Positions 53,001 to 64,000 of a stretch of DNA of 64,000 bases are shown in pieces. The stretch comes from Octopus vulgaris. Lineage: Eukaryota. A model generated the notes under the pieces. The model saw only the letters and a list, made by a program, of their open reading frames with translations, did no database searches and had not been told where the DNA came from. The first letter of the stretch is position 1. Each line of letters opens with the position of its first letter. Made by a program: the position numbers and the translations under genes. The stretch is taken from assembly GCA_951406725.2 (NCBI GenBank), contig OX597814.1, positions 153,450,001 through 153,514,000 of the forward strand, written 5' to 3'.

Positions 53001-54088
53001 GGTTAACCTCCAGTGTTTGACCCCAGCAAAAAAAAATTTTTTTAAATAGTGTAATAGGTGTAAAACAACATGTAGAAAAACGAATACGAAAAAACATGCG
53101 TGCTGGCAAACGGGGGGGAGGGAGGACTCGGAAAATTCACTTGCCCAAGGTGCGATGCAGTGGGACTGAACCCGGAACCGTGTAGTTGGGAAGAATATCC
53201 ATTTTCTCGAGGAAAAAAATCAGATTGTGTGAATTGTCCTGGTCCTCCACCCCTCCCGTTCGCCAGCAAGTGTCTTCAACTATAGCCTCGGGCTGACCAA
53301 TTCATCCTGGAGGCCAAAGGTAGCATTTCAGAGGAAAAATTATCTATGCTATAAACAAAGAGGAAAACAAAAATTTGCACACAAAATTTTTACGATTCTG
53401 TCTTCTGCATAATGGTATTAACAGAAACAGTTGCAACGTAGATGTTTGTATACCATTCAAGAACACACACACAAAACCATTAATTTCACTGCAACATTTA
53501 AATCTCATTTCAATCTCAATATTTTCGTCACTTTGAAACCGAAGTTTCGTCGCGGTTTCAAAGAACGAAAATATTTAGACACAAATGAAATTTAAATGTT
53601 GTGCAAGTAACGGTTTTGTGTGTGTTCTTGAATGGCTTACAAACATCTACGCTGCAATTGTTTCTGTTTGATATAATTACCATTATGCAGAAGACAGAAT
53701 TGAAAAAATTTTGTGTGCAAATTTTTGTTTTCATCTTTGTTTATAGCATAGATAATTTTTCTTCTGAAATGTCATCTTTGGCCTCCAGGATGCATTTGTT
53801 GGCCCAAAGTTATAGTTGAAGACACTTGCTGGTGAACAGGGGCAAGGAAGGACCAGGACAATTCACACGATCCAATTTTATCCCTCAAGAAAATGGATAT
53901 TCTTCCCAACCACAAGGTTCTGTGTTAAGTCCCACTGCATGGCACCTTGGGCAAGTGAATTTTCCAAGTCTTCACCCCCCGTTTGCCAGCACGCATTTGT
54001 TTTCATATTCATTTCTTACATGTTGTTTTACACCTATTACACTATTTCCACCCCTATTTTTGCTCAGGTCAAACACTGGATGTTAGCC
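53001..54088. repeat. ~1.09 kb imperfect palindrome, arms 53001-53541 and 53553-54088, 11 nt loop
   Basis: Outer ends ggttaacctccagtgtttgacc / ggtcaaacactggatgttagcc; apex tttgaaaccg-aagtttcgtcg-cggtttcaaa. Mirrored ORFs 53042-53269(-) and 53826-54086(+) are homologous. Arms contain SINE A pieces. Confidence 0.93.
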
Positions 54089-55068
54089 ATTTATTCTACC
54101 TCCTCGGTATAATAGTAGTAGGGAAACAGGAACTCATCAGCAAAAATGTGTTCTAATGGCCTGCAAGTCAGATTAAGTACAAGGACATGTTGTAGGCCAA
54201 TAAGCTTGATAGCCAATAATCCCAACCAAAACGACAATCACGATTAGTTGAAATTAGCAAAATAAAAAAAAAAATACATCACTGGAATCGAAAATTAAAA
54301 TTATGCCAGCATAATTCTTGAATTGTCTTATATTATACTGGTATGTTCCACAGCATGAGCCACCTTACCCAACGGTAGGGCAAGTTACATAGATTGGATC
54401 ACAAAAATTAGTTTTAGAGGAATCTCTTTAGTTTTTGTTGAATGTTTGGTGAGTTTGTTGTAAAAATGAATATCTATAAAAAGATGTTGCAGTAGATTTA
54501 TCTGTATAACCATATGTTGAAAATAAAATCTTTTGGGAAATGTGTTTCAACTAACTCCACCTTTCTCTGCATACAGACAGTTTAGGCTAGACAGAAGAAA
54601 TTATTTAGTTAAACTTCTCCACAAGCCAAATTCTTGGAGCCCAAACTCTCTGTTTTATATTTGTTTGCAGCTTTTTTTAAATATATATATATTACAAATA
54701 GATTTTTAAAAACTCAGAATGCTACAATTCTTATTTCTTCCTCTGCAAAAAAATTTCAAAGTCTTATGCCTGTATTAGAAAAGAGCATTATAGTTACTTA
54801 GAAATAATTTAATAGAAAAAAACAGAAATTACTGTTGCATTTTTAGTTGGAAATAAGTCATTTGTTAAAGTTGAGTGGTAAAATATCAATGCCTGTATTT
54901 AGTTACATTCTGAGTTCAAATTCAATTAGCAATTGACCATGTTATGTTGTTCATCCCACACAGGTTGATAAAATTAAGTACAAATACTGGGCTAAGATCA
55001 AGTCAATGACTGCATCTTGCAAAACTTGTGGGTTTGTGTCTTAATGAACATTTTTCAACATACTCTCA

Positions 55069-55615
55069 TTTACTCTTTTACTTGTTTCAGTCATTTGACT
55101 GCGGCCATGCTGGAGCACTGCCTTTAATCGAGCAACTCGACCCTGGCACTTATTCTTTTGTAAGCCCAGTACTTATTCTATCGGTCTCTTTTGCCGAACC
55201 GCTAAGTAACGGGGACATAAACACACCAGCATCGGTTGTCAAGCAATGCTAGGGGGACAAACACAGACACACAAACACACACATCATCATCATCATCAAC
55301 ATTTAGCGTCCGTTTTCCATGCTAGCATGGGTTGGACGGTTTAACTGGGGTCTGTGAAGCCGGAAGGCTTCATCAGGCCCAGTCAGATATGGCAGTGTTT
55401 CTATGGCTGGATGCCCTTCCTAACGCCAATATATATATATATACATATATACGACGGGCTTCTTTCAGTTTCCTTCTACCAAATCCACTCACAAGGCTTT
55501 GGTCAGCCCGAGGCTATAGTAGAAGACACTTGCCCAAGGTGCCATGCAGTGGGACTGAACCTGGAACCATATGGCTGGTAAACAAGCTACTTATCACACA
55601 GTCACTCCTGCGCCT
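55069..55615 (-). mobile_element. Full SINE family A with an RTE tail (55283-55428, minus) nested in its internal microsatellite
   Basis: Both halves are near-identical to 21805-22232; the centre carries (cat)n..ccatgctagcatgggttggacgg..cccttcctaacgccaa. Confidence 0.9.
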
Positions 55616-55683
55616 ATATACATGCTTTTTTTGACTTTAAGTATATGGAGATATTTAGATATAATTTTTTTTTGTGTAAGTGT

Positions 55684-56240
55684 TTGGGTTGGCCAAACAG
55701 TCTGTTCAGCTATTTGCTGACACTAAACTTCAAGCACTCTAATAAGAAGCTGACTTCAGTCTGCTCCTTGTGCATGCACGTTTGACATTTCATCATAGTT
55801 TGATGTGAACTTGCAGTGAAGTAGGTTTTATTTTGTGTGCGTAAGATCACCTTGAAAATTAGAGAATCAAAACTAGCACCACTGACATCTCATGCTTTTG
55901 TATTTTAAAAAAGGCAACTAAATGGCAGAAATCTGTAGGAAGATATGCATTGTGTATGGAGATGTTGTTGCAGAATGTGTGTGCCAGAAGTGGTTTACAA
56001 AATTCCAATCAGGAAATTTTTCTGTTCAAGATGCATCTCACTTTGGCCTGCCAGCTGAGATTAACAGGAACACCCCTACCCCATCCTTTATATGACTAGG
56101 ATGATGGCAGATATTCTGCAAATATCCAAATTTTGTGTTGAAACCCATCTGCCCCACCATGGTTATGTCAGCAGGTTTGCTGTTTGCATCTCACATCAGT
56201 TGAATGAGGCTAACCTCACCCAATGGATTTTCATTGTGCT
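55684..56240 (+). mobile_element. mariner relic: left TIR and degraded transposase N-terminus
   Basis: ttgggttggccaaa TIR-like start; ~55887-56060 reads HLMLLYFKKGN*MAEICRKICIVYGDVVAECVCQKWFTKFQSGNFSVQDASHFGLPAEI, the mariner HTH (ICxVYG..WFxKF.SG.F...D..RSGRP). Confidence 0.85.
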
Positions 56241-57399
56241 ACTAGTTTGATGAGTTCCATCCGAATGGCTTACCTCACTATCTTAATCAATGAGGAAAAG
56301 TCTCTATGTTAGGGATATCAAATATTTAACTCACAACAGTGTTTAATCTATCCTTCATAATCTGAATTTCTTGAAAAAAATTTAATCATATTTTTAATTT
56401 AAGAATATTCTGTAATCTAGCTTGCATTCAGAGCCAGAGCCACTTAAGTGGAATCGTGACTAACATCAGTTCTGATTAATCAAATCAATACACCTTGGGG
56501 AATCATTTATTTCAACTAATGAAAAAAATGCTTATGAACCCATATACTAAAAGATGTAGGCTGTTTCTCCTTCACTTTGTTTATATATACCAAGCCAAAC
56601 AAGTTTCCCCACCCCACCCTAAATTTACACACGTTTTCATTTGAATAATATCAAAAGACTTTGCAGCTGAAACAGAGCATAATTTCTATCAAGCAATGAT
56701 TTTCTCAAGAATCCATCCTGCAAAACTAAATGAATTTGACAACCCTGCTCTATGTGGTTGATCAACTACTAGAATAAACAACTGAATCTCCCTTAAATCA
56801 AGTCATAGCATTTTAAAAGGGGAAGGTCATACAAATAGATGTAAAATATCTAAAAATATATATTAAATGGTCACTGCTGAAATGTCATTAACCAAAAGTC
56901 TGTCTGATCAGAGCGAACTTATATTAAATAACAACACCTTCCACCATATGGTATGAAAGTTTAATTGGCAACCAGCCTTGATAGTGTCTTATTAACTTTA
57001 AGGCCCTCCAGAGTTGACTTTTATCATTGCTTGCTCGCGATATATTTCAATATAAGAAAACATTCAAATATCCCTCATTCACACAAAAGGCAATCTTTTT
57101 AACTCCACTAACCTATCTCAAATCTAACAGTGAATGAATGAGTATTCCCATCATCATGGTTACATGATCTGCTTGAAATAGAAGCTAGTCTCTCTCTAAA
57201 TCATCTTCATATTCCCTTCAGGATATATAGGGTCAATGGACCCTGAGTTTTCTGCAACTTGATTTACTCTTGGAGTTGATTCCTTTTTCCTCTTTGCATG
57301 TGCTCATAAGCAGTGATGGTTTATGCTCCTGGTTGCTGACCCAGACACTCCACCCAGTTATATGCTGGTATAGCTGTGGACACAGTAGTTAGTATCTTC

Positions 57400-57715
57400 T
57401 AGAAATATGCTTTAACAAAATCTAAGGAGTTCCTCACTGCCAGTGGTCATGCGACAAGCTGGGTACTAACCCCAAATTTCTGAGTTCCTGCACTAAACCT
57501 AAAAGATACCGTCAAACACCTTCTTCATCACTGTGAGTCTCTCCTTATAGATGATCAGTATAGTGCCTTTAATCAGATTTATTTTATAATTCCTTTCTCA
57601 CATTACATAGTACTGAGTAATGTAACACTTTGACAAAAGCAATGTTATTGCATTAGACATCAACAAAGTCCTCTACTGTGTCTGGCATAAAAGCCTTCTA
57701 GCAAAGTTACCACAG
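57400..57715 (+). mobile_element. Old CR1/Jockey-group LINE RT fragment
   Basis: 57641-57712 reads NVIALDINKVLYCVWHKSLLAKLP, a decayed ALDISKAFDRVWH..LL.KL RT motif. Confidence 0.7.
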
Positions 57716-58044
57716 CCTATCATCACTTAATTAAAGTACACATTAATTAATGTGTCCTTTTTATTGATAGTAGATTGATGTAAGAAGATTTAGCTGTTAT
57801 TTCTAGCAGGTTGAAGAACCTCATAGAAGATCCTTTTGTTGGCCCAGAAATTGTGTGTGTGTAGCTGAAATATTTTCTGGCCATTTATGTCAAGCTGGTT
57901 TGCTAAAATATCTCTCACAATGCTAAGTGCTATCTCTCCATCATTATACTATCTTTCCATCTTTCTCTGTAATTTTGGTGGGCTTGTGCCAAGAAAGTGA
58001 CTTTACATGATCATTCGAGTTGCTAGAAATAGCAGCCAAATTTC

Positions 58045-58610
58045 ATCATCGTTATCATTATCATTTAGTATCAGTCTTCCATGCTGACATGGTAGATGCA
58101 CGTGGCTTAGTGGTTAGAGTGTTGGACTCATGAGTATAAGATTGTGGTCTTGATTCCTTGAGCAAAGCACTTCATTTCACGTTGCTCCAGTCCACTCAGC
58201 TGGCAAAAATGAGTAATCCTGCAACAGAGTGGAACCCATCTATGTGGGGAGTATATATGCCATGAAACCTGGATACCAGCCCTTATGAGTTGGTATGATT
58301 TAAGGTAACTTTTACTTTACATGGTTTAGACACAGTTTGACTGGGATTGGTAAGCCAGAGAGCTGCACCAGGCTCCAGCCTGAACAGGCTTGGTTTCTAT
58401 GGCTGGATGCCTTTCCTAATGCCACCCACTTTATAGAGTGTACTAGGTGCTTTCTAAGTGGTATTGGCACTTAATACCTACGTCTGTCCTTGTTCGTCCC
58501 CTCTATGTTTAGCCCCTTGTGGGTAATAAAGAAATAGGTATTGGCACTGGTATGAGTGCTTTCTGCTTGGAACTGGCATGGGTGCTTTTTATGTGGTACC
58601 AGCACATGAG
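58045..58610 (-). mobile_element. Old RTE tail carrying two nested insertions
   Basis: RTE tail pieces at 58045-58092, 58320-58471 and 58537-58610 (ggctggatgcctttcctaatgcc; ggtgctttttatgtgg). Confidence 0.7.
58095..58319 (+). mobile_element. tRNA-derived SINE (family C)
   Basis: A box tggcttagtgg, core ccttgagcaaagcactt..tgctccagtccactcagctg, (ttttac)n tail; flanked by acatggt on both sides, a possible TSD. Confidence 0.7.
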
Positions 58611-60094
58611 TTTAAATCCTAACAATCAGAATTGTTAAATGAATATTTTGAAAAAAATCTCAGAATTTAAGAAGCATCATTACAATCAATTGTTTATTGA
58701 TGAACATTATTATAACAACTTGTACTGATTATAACTCACTTTATGATAAATTGATATTTTACTTCTGCATTTCAGAGAATTATCAGATGTGGATGAATTT
58801 TGCATTAAAACTATATATAATTTTCAAATAACTGTATTGGAATGATTGAAATAGCAAGAGTATTTCTGATGGTTTTAAAATTTAAGAGACTATGTGAGGA
58901 AAATGGTGATATAGTATGAAAAAATGGTACCTGTGTTTTGAGTCCAGAGAATACAAGTAATTCCTTAAGTTAGATTGATGAATTTGTCTGATGAGACAAT
59001 TGATTAAAATTAAAATTTTAATCATTCTAAGTATTGAGATAATTCATCAATTTGATTAAAGGAAAGATTGTAAAAAATATAAGTGAGGATATTTTGAGAC
59101 GGTTATTTTTCTTTTCTAAAAGGATTTCTTTGAAGATCTTTGACTTCATAATTAACAAAAAAATTTCCAATTTATTGGAGATTTAAAAAAAGAAAAATTA
59201 TTCAGAACAGACTGCTCCTCATGTACTTTACATGTCCTTCCCTGATGGCTATGGTTGATGCACTTAATTAAGTGCAGCTTCAAAACTGCACTTAACACTA
59301 TGATAAGTTCTTTGTCTGGAGAGGAAAGATTCAGCAAGTATCAAGTGCAGGCTTCAAGAAGGTGACACATTAAGAATAATGAGAGGTGAAAAAGAAGTAG
59401 ATGGATCAGGTGGGCTTGGGGGTGATAGCCATATAACTTGCCGGTTTAGTGGAGCAGAATCCATTAAAGTAGCTGAAAGAAATAAGTATGTCAGTGAACT
59501 AGTAGATGTTATGTAGTGATAAGTGAATCATTGCCAGTTGGCTGAACGGTCTTTTTTGTGGTCTTGGACAATGTTTCTCATAGGGAGAGGGATGAACATA
59601 AGGAGTGTAAAGTGGGACAAACAAAAGCAGAGAAAGGAAAGTATATTTTATTGTACTTCCAATTTTAACATCATGGCAAAGAAAAAAAAAATTATAAGGA
59701 TGCAAATGTTATATTATCTTCTCATTAATAAGGAGCAGAGGCACAAAATAATCTTGCTAATATCTGGTGGAGTGGATTTGGTATTTGTCATTTTGAGAAT
59801 CTCTGGTCTAAAGTGTTTCTGTTTGTCGTCGTAATTACACTGTTCTAAATATGTGAGCAATACTTCAGCATGGGTTACATTTGAACTTCAGAGACAGCAT
59901 CTGATTAGAATTAATGGAATGAGATAATTGGACCTGATTATTTGGACCTTCATAATTTGACATGGTAGACTAGGCATTCAACCTCTTTTGGCAACAGTAC
60001 ATTTGGTAATAACAGCAAACACACAGAAATATATACATATAGGTAAGGTGAGAGAGACATTGCACATACATACAAACATAAAACAACCTGCTGT

Positions 60095-60520
60095 GCTTAC
60101 CTTGGATCGTAGGGTAACATGCTATGCTTGAGGAGACCTATTGAGTCAAGTACACCAACATCAAAATAAATATCAAATGGAAATTGTAGTTGTGATACCT
60201 GTGCCAGTGGCACGTAAAAAGTACCATCTGAACATGGCCGATGCCAGCGCTGCCTTGACTGGCTTCTGTGCTGGTGGCATGTAAAAAGCACCAACCGATT
60301 GTGGCTGCTGCCAGCCTCCCCTGGCACCTGTGTCGGTGGCACATAAAAAGCACCCACTACACTCACGGAGTGGTTGGCGTTAGGAAGGGCATCCAGCTGT
60401 AGAAACACTGCCAGATCAGACTGAGCCTGGTGCAACCTCCTGGCTTCCCAGACCCCGGTCGAACCATCCAACTCGTGCTAGCACAGAAAACGGACGTTAA
60501 ATGATGATGATGATGATGAT
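60095..60520 (+). mobile_element. RTE LINE 3' UTR, almost complete, with (GAT)n tail
   Basis: Collinear with 63541-63950 (taccttggat..cttgaggagacctattgagtcaagtaca..three hairpin units..tail). Confidence 0.92.
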
Positions 60521-61203
60521 AACTGGATGCTCATGCACATAAACAAAGGGTGAGAACAAGAGAAACATTAAACTGTGTGATGTCAAGTCAGCATTGAATC
60601 AATGAATCCAAAATGATGGTACCAAAATGGCTGTACCAAAACGTCTGATATCCTAGAACTGAAGTATTTTTTAGCTTTAGAGATGAAATCGAGTCTTTGG
60701 AGTTTGGTTTTGGCAATGTTACAAATGTGTGGTCTTTCCATGAAAATGGTTATTAAATTATAGCATGATAAGTTCAAGGGTTTTAGCAGTGTGTTGTTTG
60801 TGTGAGGATAGTGAGGCACAAGACTGTTTTCTTGCTCCATGTAATGATTGTGTCTTGGTACTGTTGAAGGATGGTTTCAATCTCTCTATGAAGGATTTAT
60901 ATGCAGTAAATGCCACTGAATTAAGAAAAAAAATACATTTGAACATTATACTGTATAAAGATCTGGATAACCCTACAACACAGCAAAAAATACATACAAT
61001 AAGCTGCTGTTTGAAAATCTAAGTTCTCAAATATGAAATGTAGAATGAAGGTTGCAACAGCATTAAATGCAGTGCTCCATCATGATTACAATCAATTAGC
61101 TACAATTAGTTAAATGACAAAAATGCAACAAAGATATTTAATTTATCAATCCAGGATTTTGATTAAACTGACCCTGTTAAGATTTGAACTGAGATATAAA
61201 CTA

Positions 61204-61398
61204 CATCATCATCTTCATTGTTCGACCATGGTCGAGACAATGGAATTTACTATGCTACGCCAAACTTCACGGTCCATCATAGCATTACGGAGGTCCTGTT
61301 GCTAGATGCCTGTATCCCTAGAGATTACATCAGGTTAGGATAGTGTGCGCCCTCTGGTATTGCGAGTAGATGGCCTCCAGAGAAGAAGAGTAGAAATC
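61204..61398 (-). mobile_element. 3' end of a second RTE-like LINE family
   Basis: Minus strand ISTLLLWRPSTRNTRGRTLS*PDVISRDTGI*QQDLRNAMMDREVWRSIV then a (gat)n tail; typical RTE ORF2 C-terminus (LLWxP..RGR..DR..W). Confidence 0.75.
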
Positions 61399-62367
61399 TA
61401 CTTATAAACTACAAGAGATATCAGAATTCAACCAGTGGTCAACCATTCTGATTTATATTTGTTGTGTTGGACTTCTTTGAAGTGTATTCTGTTATTCAGT
61501 GTAAACACTTTCCTGATATGTGTAACGATAGTGTCTTGGTACTGTTGAAGGATGTTTTCGATCTCTGTTTATGGAGTAGAATGAATGAAGAGTCTCGGTT
61601 GTGTGTGGAAGACAACTGGGTATGAAAGATGGCATCATCTACAGAGGCGTATTTAGCATTAGAAGTGACAGCAGAGAAGCCATTAATTTACAGAAGACAA
61701 ACATTGAGCTATCCTGATTAGCTCTGTTCAAACAAGCTTCTGTGATTAGTATTCTAGTTGAGACATTGCATCGTTATTATGGGATGTCATATATTAATAT
61801 TGAGAACTAAGAAGACATAGTCTCTATTTTAAAGACTGTGCAGAAGTTGTTTTTTTTTTGTAAGCAAACTTTACTGTTTAATTGTGCAAATTGAATAACT
61901 AGTTTAAAGCTCCCTTATTAGGTCATATAACTATAAAAATGTTTGGTATTTTCAACAATGTTCATATTTTTATAACATAAAACCACTTGTGTTTGAGAGG
62001 ATAAAATAAGAAAAACTATATATAAGTCAGTCGAAACATTAATAAAAAAGAATTATAATTTTGCAATGAAAATAAGAAATATTTAATGGGATATTCTTGT
62101 AATGTATCATCTTCATCATGTCGTTAACATGATGGATAGAATTAGTTCCAGCAAATATATATACATGTGTGTGTGTGTGTAGGCATGTATGCATGTGTAT
62201 ATATACATACATGTATACACACACACACATTTATGTTTTGCAAGATTCTTGATGTGAAATTGTGTGTTGAAATAGATATCGCAATATTTGGGAATGTTCA
62301 TCTTTTGCCATTAAACACACGCACTATTTATTTAATCTTCACCTTAGCTTTATTATTATTATTAGTT

Positions 62368-62582
62368 CTGGTAGAAACGTTAGCATGCCGGGCAAAATGC
62401 TTAGCAGTATTTCATCTGTCTTTACGTTTTGAGTTCAAATTCTGTTGAGGTTGACTTTGCTTTTCATCCTTTCAGGGTCAATAAATTAAGTACCAGTTGC
62501 ATACTGGGTCAATCTAATCAACTGCCCCCTTCCCCTAAAATTTCGGGCCTTGTGCCTAGGAGTAGAAAAGATTATTATTATT
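62368..62582 (+). mobile_element. SINE family B (Nin/Deu-like central motif), near full length
   Basis: gagttcaaattc B box; ttgcttttcatcctttcagggtcaataaattaagtaccagtt..tactgggtcaat; (att)n tail. Confidence 0.78.
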
Positions 62583-62842
62583 AGTTGATTTGTCAGAGTC
62601 TTTTTGTCACATTCTGTGACCTCTACAGCAACTTTCTGCATCTTGTGTCTCCTCTTCTCTCTAGTCTTCTCCTGTCTATTCCATTTTGTCTTTCTGTGGT
62701 ATGCACCCCTATCTGCATGTGTGTTTACATTTACAACTGTTGTGTGTGTCTCTGTGTGTTTTGTATGTGTATGTGTGTCTTGTGTGCATGTATATAAGTT
62801 TGTATATTACACTGTTTGTACCTGAATCTTTTTTTCTCTTAA

Positions 62843-63949
62843 TGCACAGGGACAATAGACACCATAGACACCACAGATACTCAGAAAACAGATTCCATCA
62901 CACTCCAGGGGAAGAAACTAGAAGTAGTTGATAGTTTCCGCTACCTGGGTGACCAAGTTAGTAGTGGAGGTGGATGCTCAGAGAGTGTCACCACTAGAAT
63001 AGGAATAGCCTGGGCACAGTTTAGAAAGCTCTTACCCCTACTGGTGACAAAGGGTCTCTCACTCAGAGTGAAAGGTAGATTGTATGATGCATGTGTGCGA
63101 ACTGCCATGCTTCACAGTAGTGAAACATGGGCTGTGACTGCAGAGGACATGTGTAGACTTGAAAGAAATGAAGCTAGCATGATCCGCTGGATGTGTAATG
63201 TCAGTGTGCGCACACGACAGAGGGTAAGCACCCTGAGAGAAATGCTGGACATAAGAAGCATCAGATGTGGTGTGCAAGAGCGACGCTTGCGATGGTATGG
63301 TCATGTACTGCGGATGGATGAGGAAAGATATGTGAAGAAGTGCCGCTCCCAAACAGTTGAAGGTATCAGGGGGAGAGGTAAACCCAGGAAGACATGGGAT
63401 GAGGTAGTCAAGCATGACCTCAGAGCGTTGGGCCTCACAGAGGCAATGACAAAGGACCGAGATCTCTGGAGATATGCTGTGACTGTAAAGACCCGGGCTG
63501 CTTCCTGCACCAGTCCTGCATAGCCCCTGCCCATACAAAGTACCTTGGATTCCAGAACATCCCGCTGTACTTGAGGAGACCTATTGAGTCAAGTACATGA
63601 ACATCGAAATAAATATCAATGGAAATAGTAGTTGTGATACCTGTGCCGGTGGCACATAAATAGCACCATCCGAAAATGGCTGATGCCAGCACAACCTTAA
63701 CTGGCTTCCGTGCCGGTGGCATGTTAAAAGCACCAACCGATCGTGGCCGATGCCAGACTCCCCTGGCACCTGTGCCGGTGGCAAGTAAAAAGCACCCACT
63801 ACACTCGCAGAGTGGTTGGCATTAGGAAGGGCATCCAGCTGTAGAAACACTGCCAGATCATACTGGAGCCTGGTGCAGCCTCCTGGTCGAACCATCCAAC
63901 TCGTGCTAGCACAGAAAACGGATGTTAAATGATGATGATGATGATGATG

Positions 63950-63950
<1 letters not shown>
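62843..63950 (+). mobile_element. Young 5'-truncated RTE LINE: uninterrupted ORF2 C-terminus (62843-63523), 3' UTR and (GAT)n tail
   Basis: Open frame LEVVDSFRYLGDQV..RIGIAWAQFRKLLPLLVTKGLSLRVKGRLYDACVRTAMLHSSETW..RRLRWYGHVLRM..RGRGKPRKTW..DRDLWR: RTE RT domain 7 and C-terminal motifs, no stop before 63523. Confidence 0.95.
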
Positions 63951-63997
<47 letters not shown>

Positions 63998-64000
63998 TTA

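Noticed and set aside
60097-60471. Recurring ORF family [30 protein letters not shown] (also 3946, 5613, 55332, 63581)
   Set aside because: Antisense translation of the non-coding RTE 3' UTR; it recurs because the repeat recurs.
60840-61570. ~45 bp direct repeat (tgtcttggtactgttgaaggatg at ~60851 and ~61532), considered as LTRs
   Set aside because: Too short, no TG..CA ends or TSD; more likely two fragments of one old repeat.

Overview
AT-rich, repeat-dense animal genomic DNA, not prokaryotic. The mix of tRNA-derived SINEs, RTE LINE tails ending in (GAT)n and long TA/CA microsatellites looks like a coleoid cephalopod such as Octopus; this is an inference. The only host coding sequence I can support is coding exon 1 of a ZMYND19 orthologue (49599-49649, minus strand, MSSFKLGIIRLGRAAGK followed by a GT donor). 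I found no exon 2 by eye, so 1-49598 is probably one intron of at least 49 kb. A CpG-retaining zone (about 43.8-53.6 kb) and a switch in A/T strand skew suggest a promoter that may be bidirectional. The rest is a transposon fossil record: a Ty3/Gypsy relic, a CR1-type LINE 5' half, many RTE LINE 3' ends, several SINE families, mariner and IS630-Tc1 relics, and piggyBac- and hAT-type MITEs. The most unusual observations are a Penelope-type minimal hammerhead ribozyme (27678-27712, minus), a ~1.09 kb diverged palindrome (53001-54088) with a hammerhead-like remnant at its apex, a PHD-like zinc finger inside the RTE reverse transcriptase, and hairpin arrays of variable copy number in the RTE 3' UTR. 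I cannot demonstrate a wholly new biological system from the sequence alone. Repeat boundaries were read by eye and are approximate.
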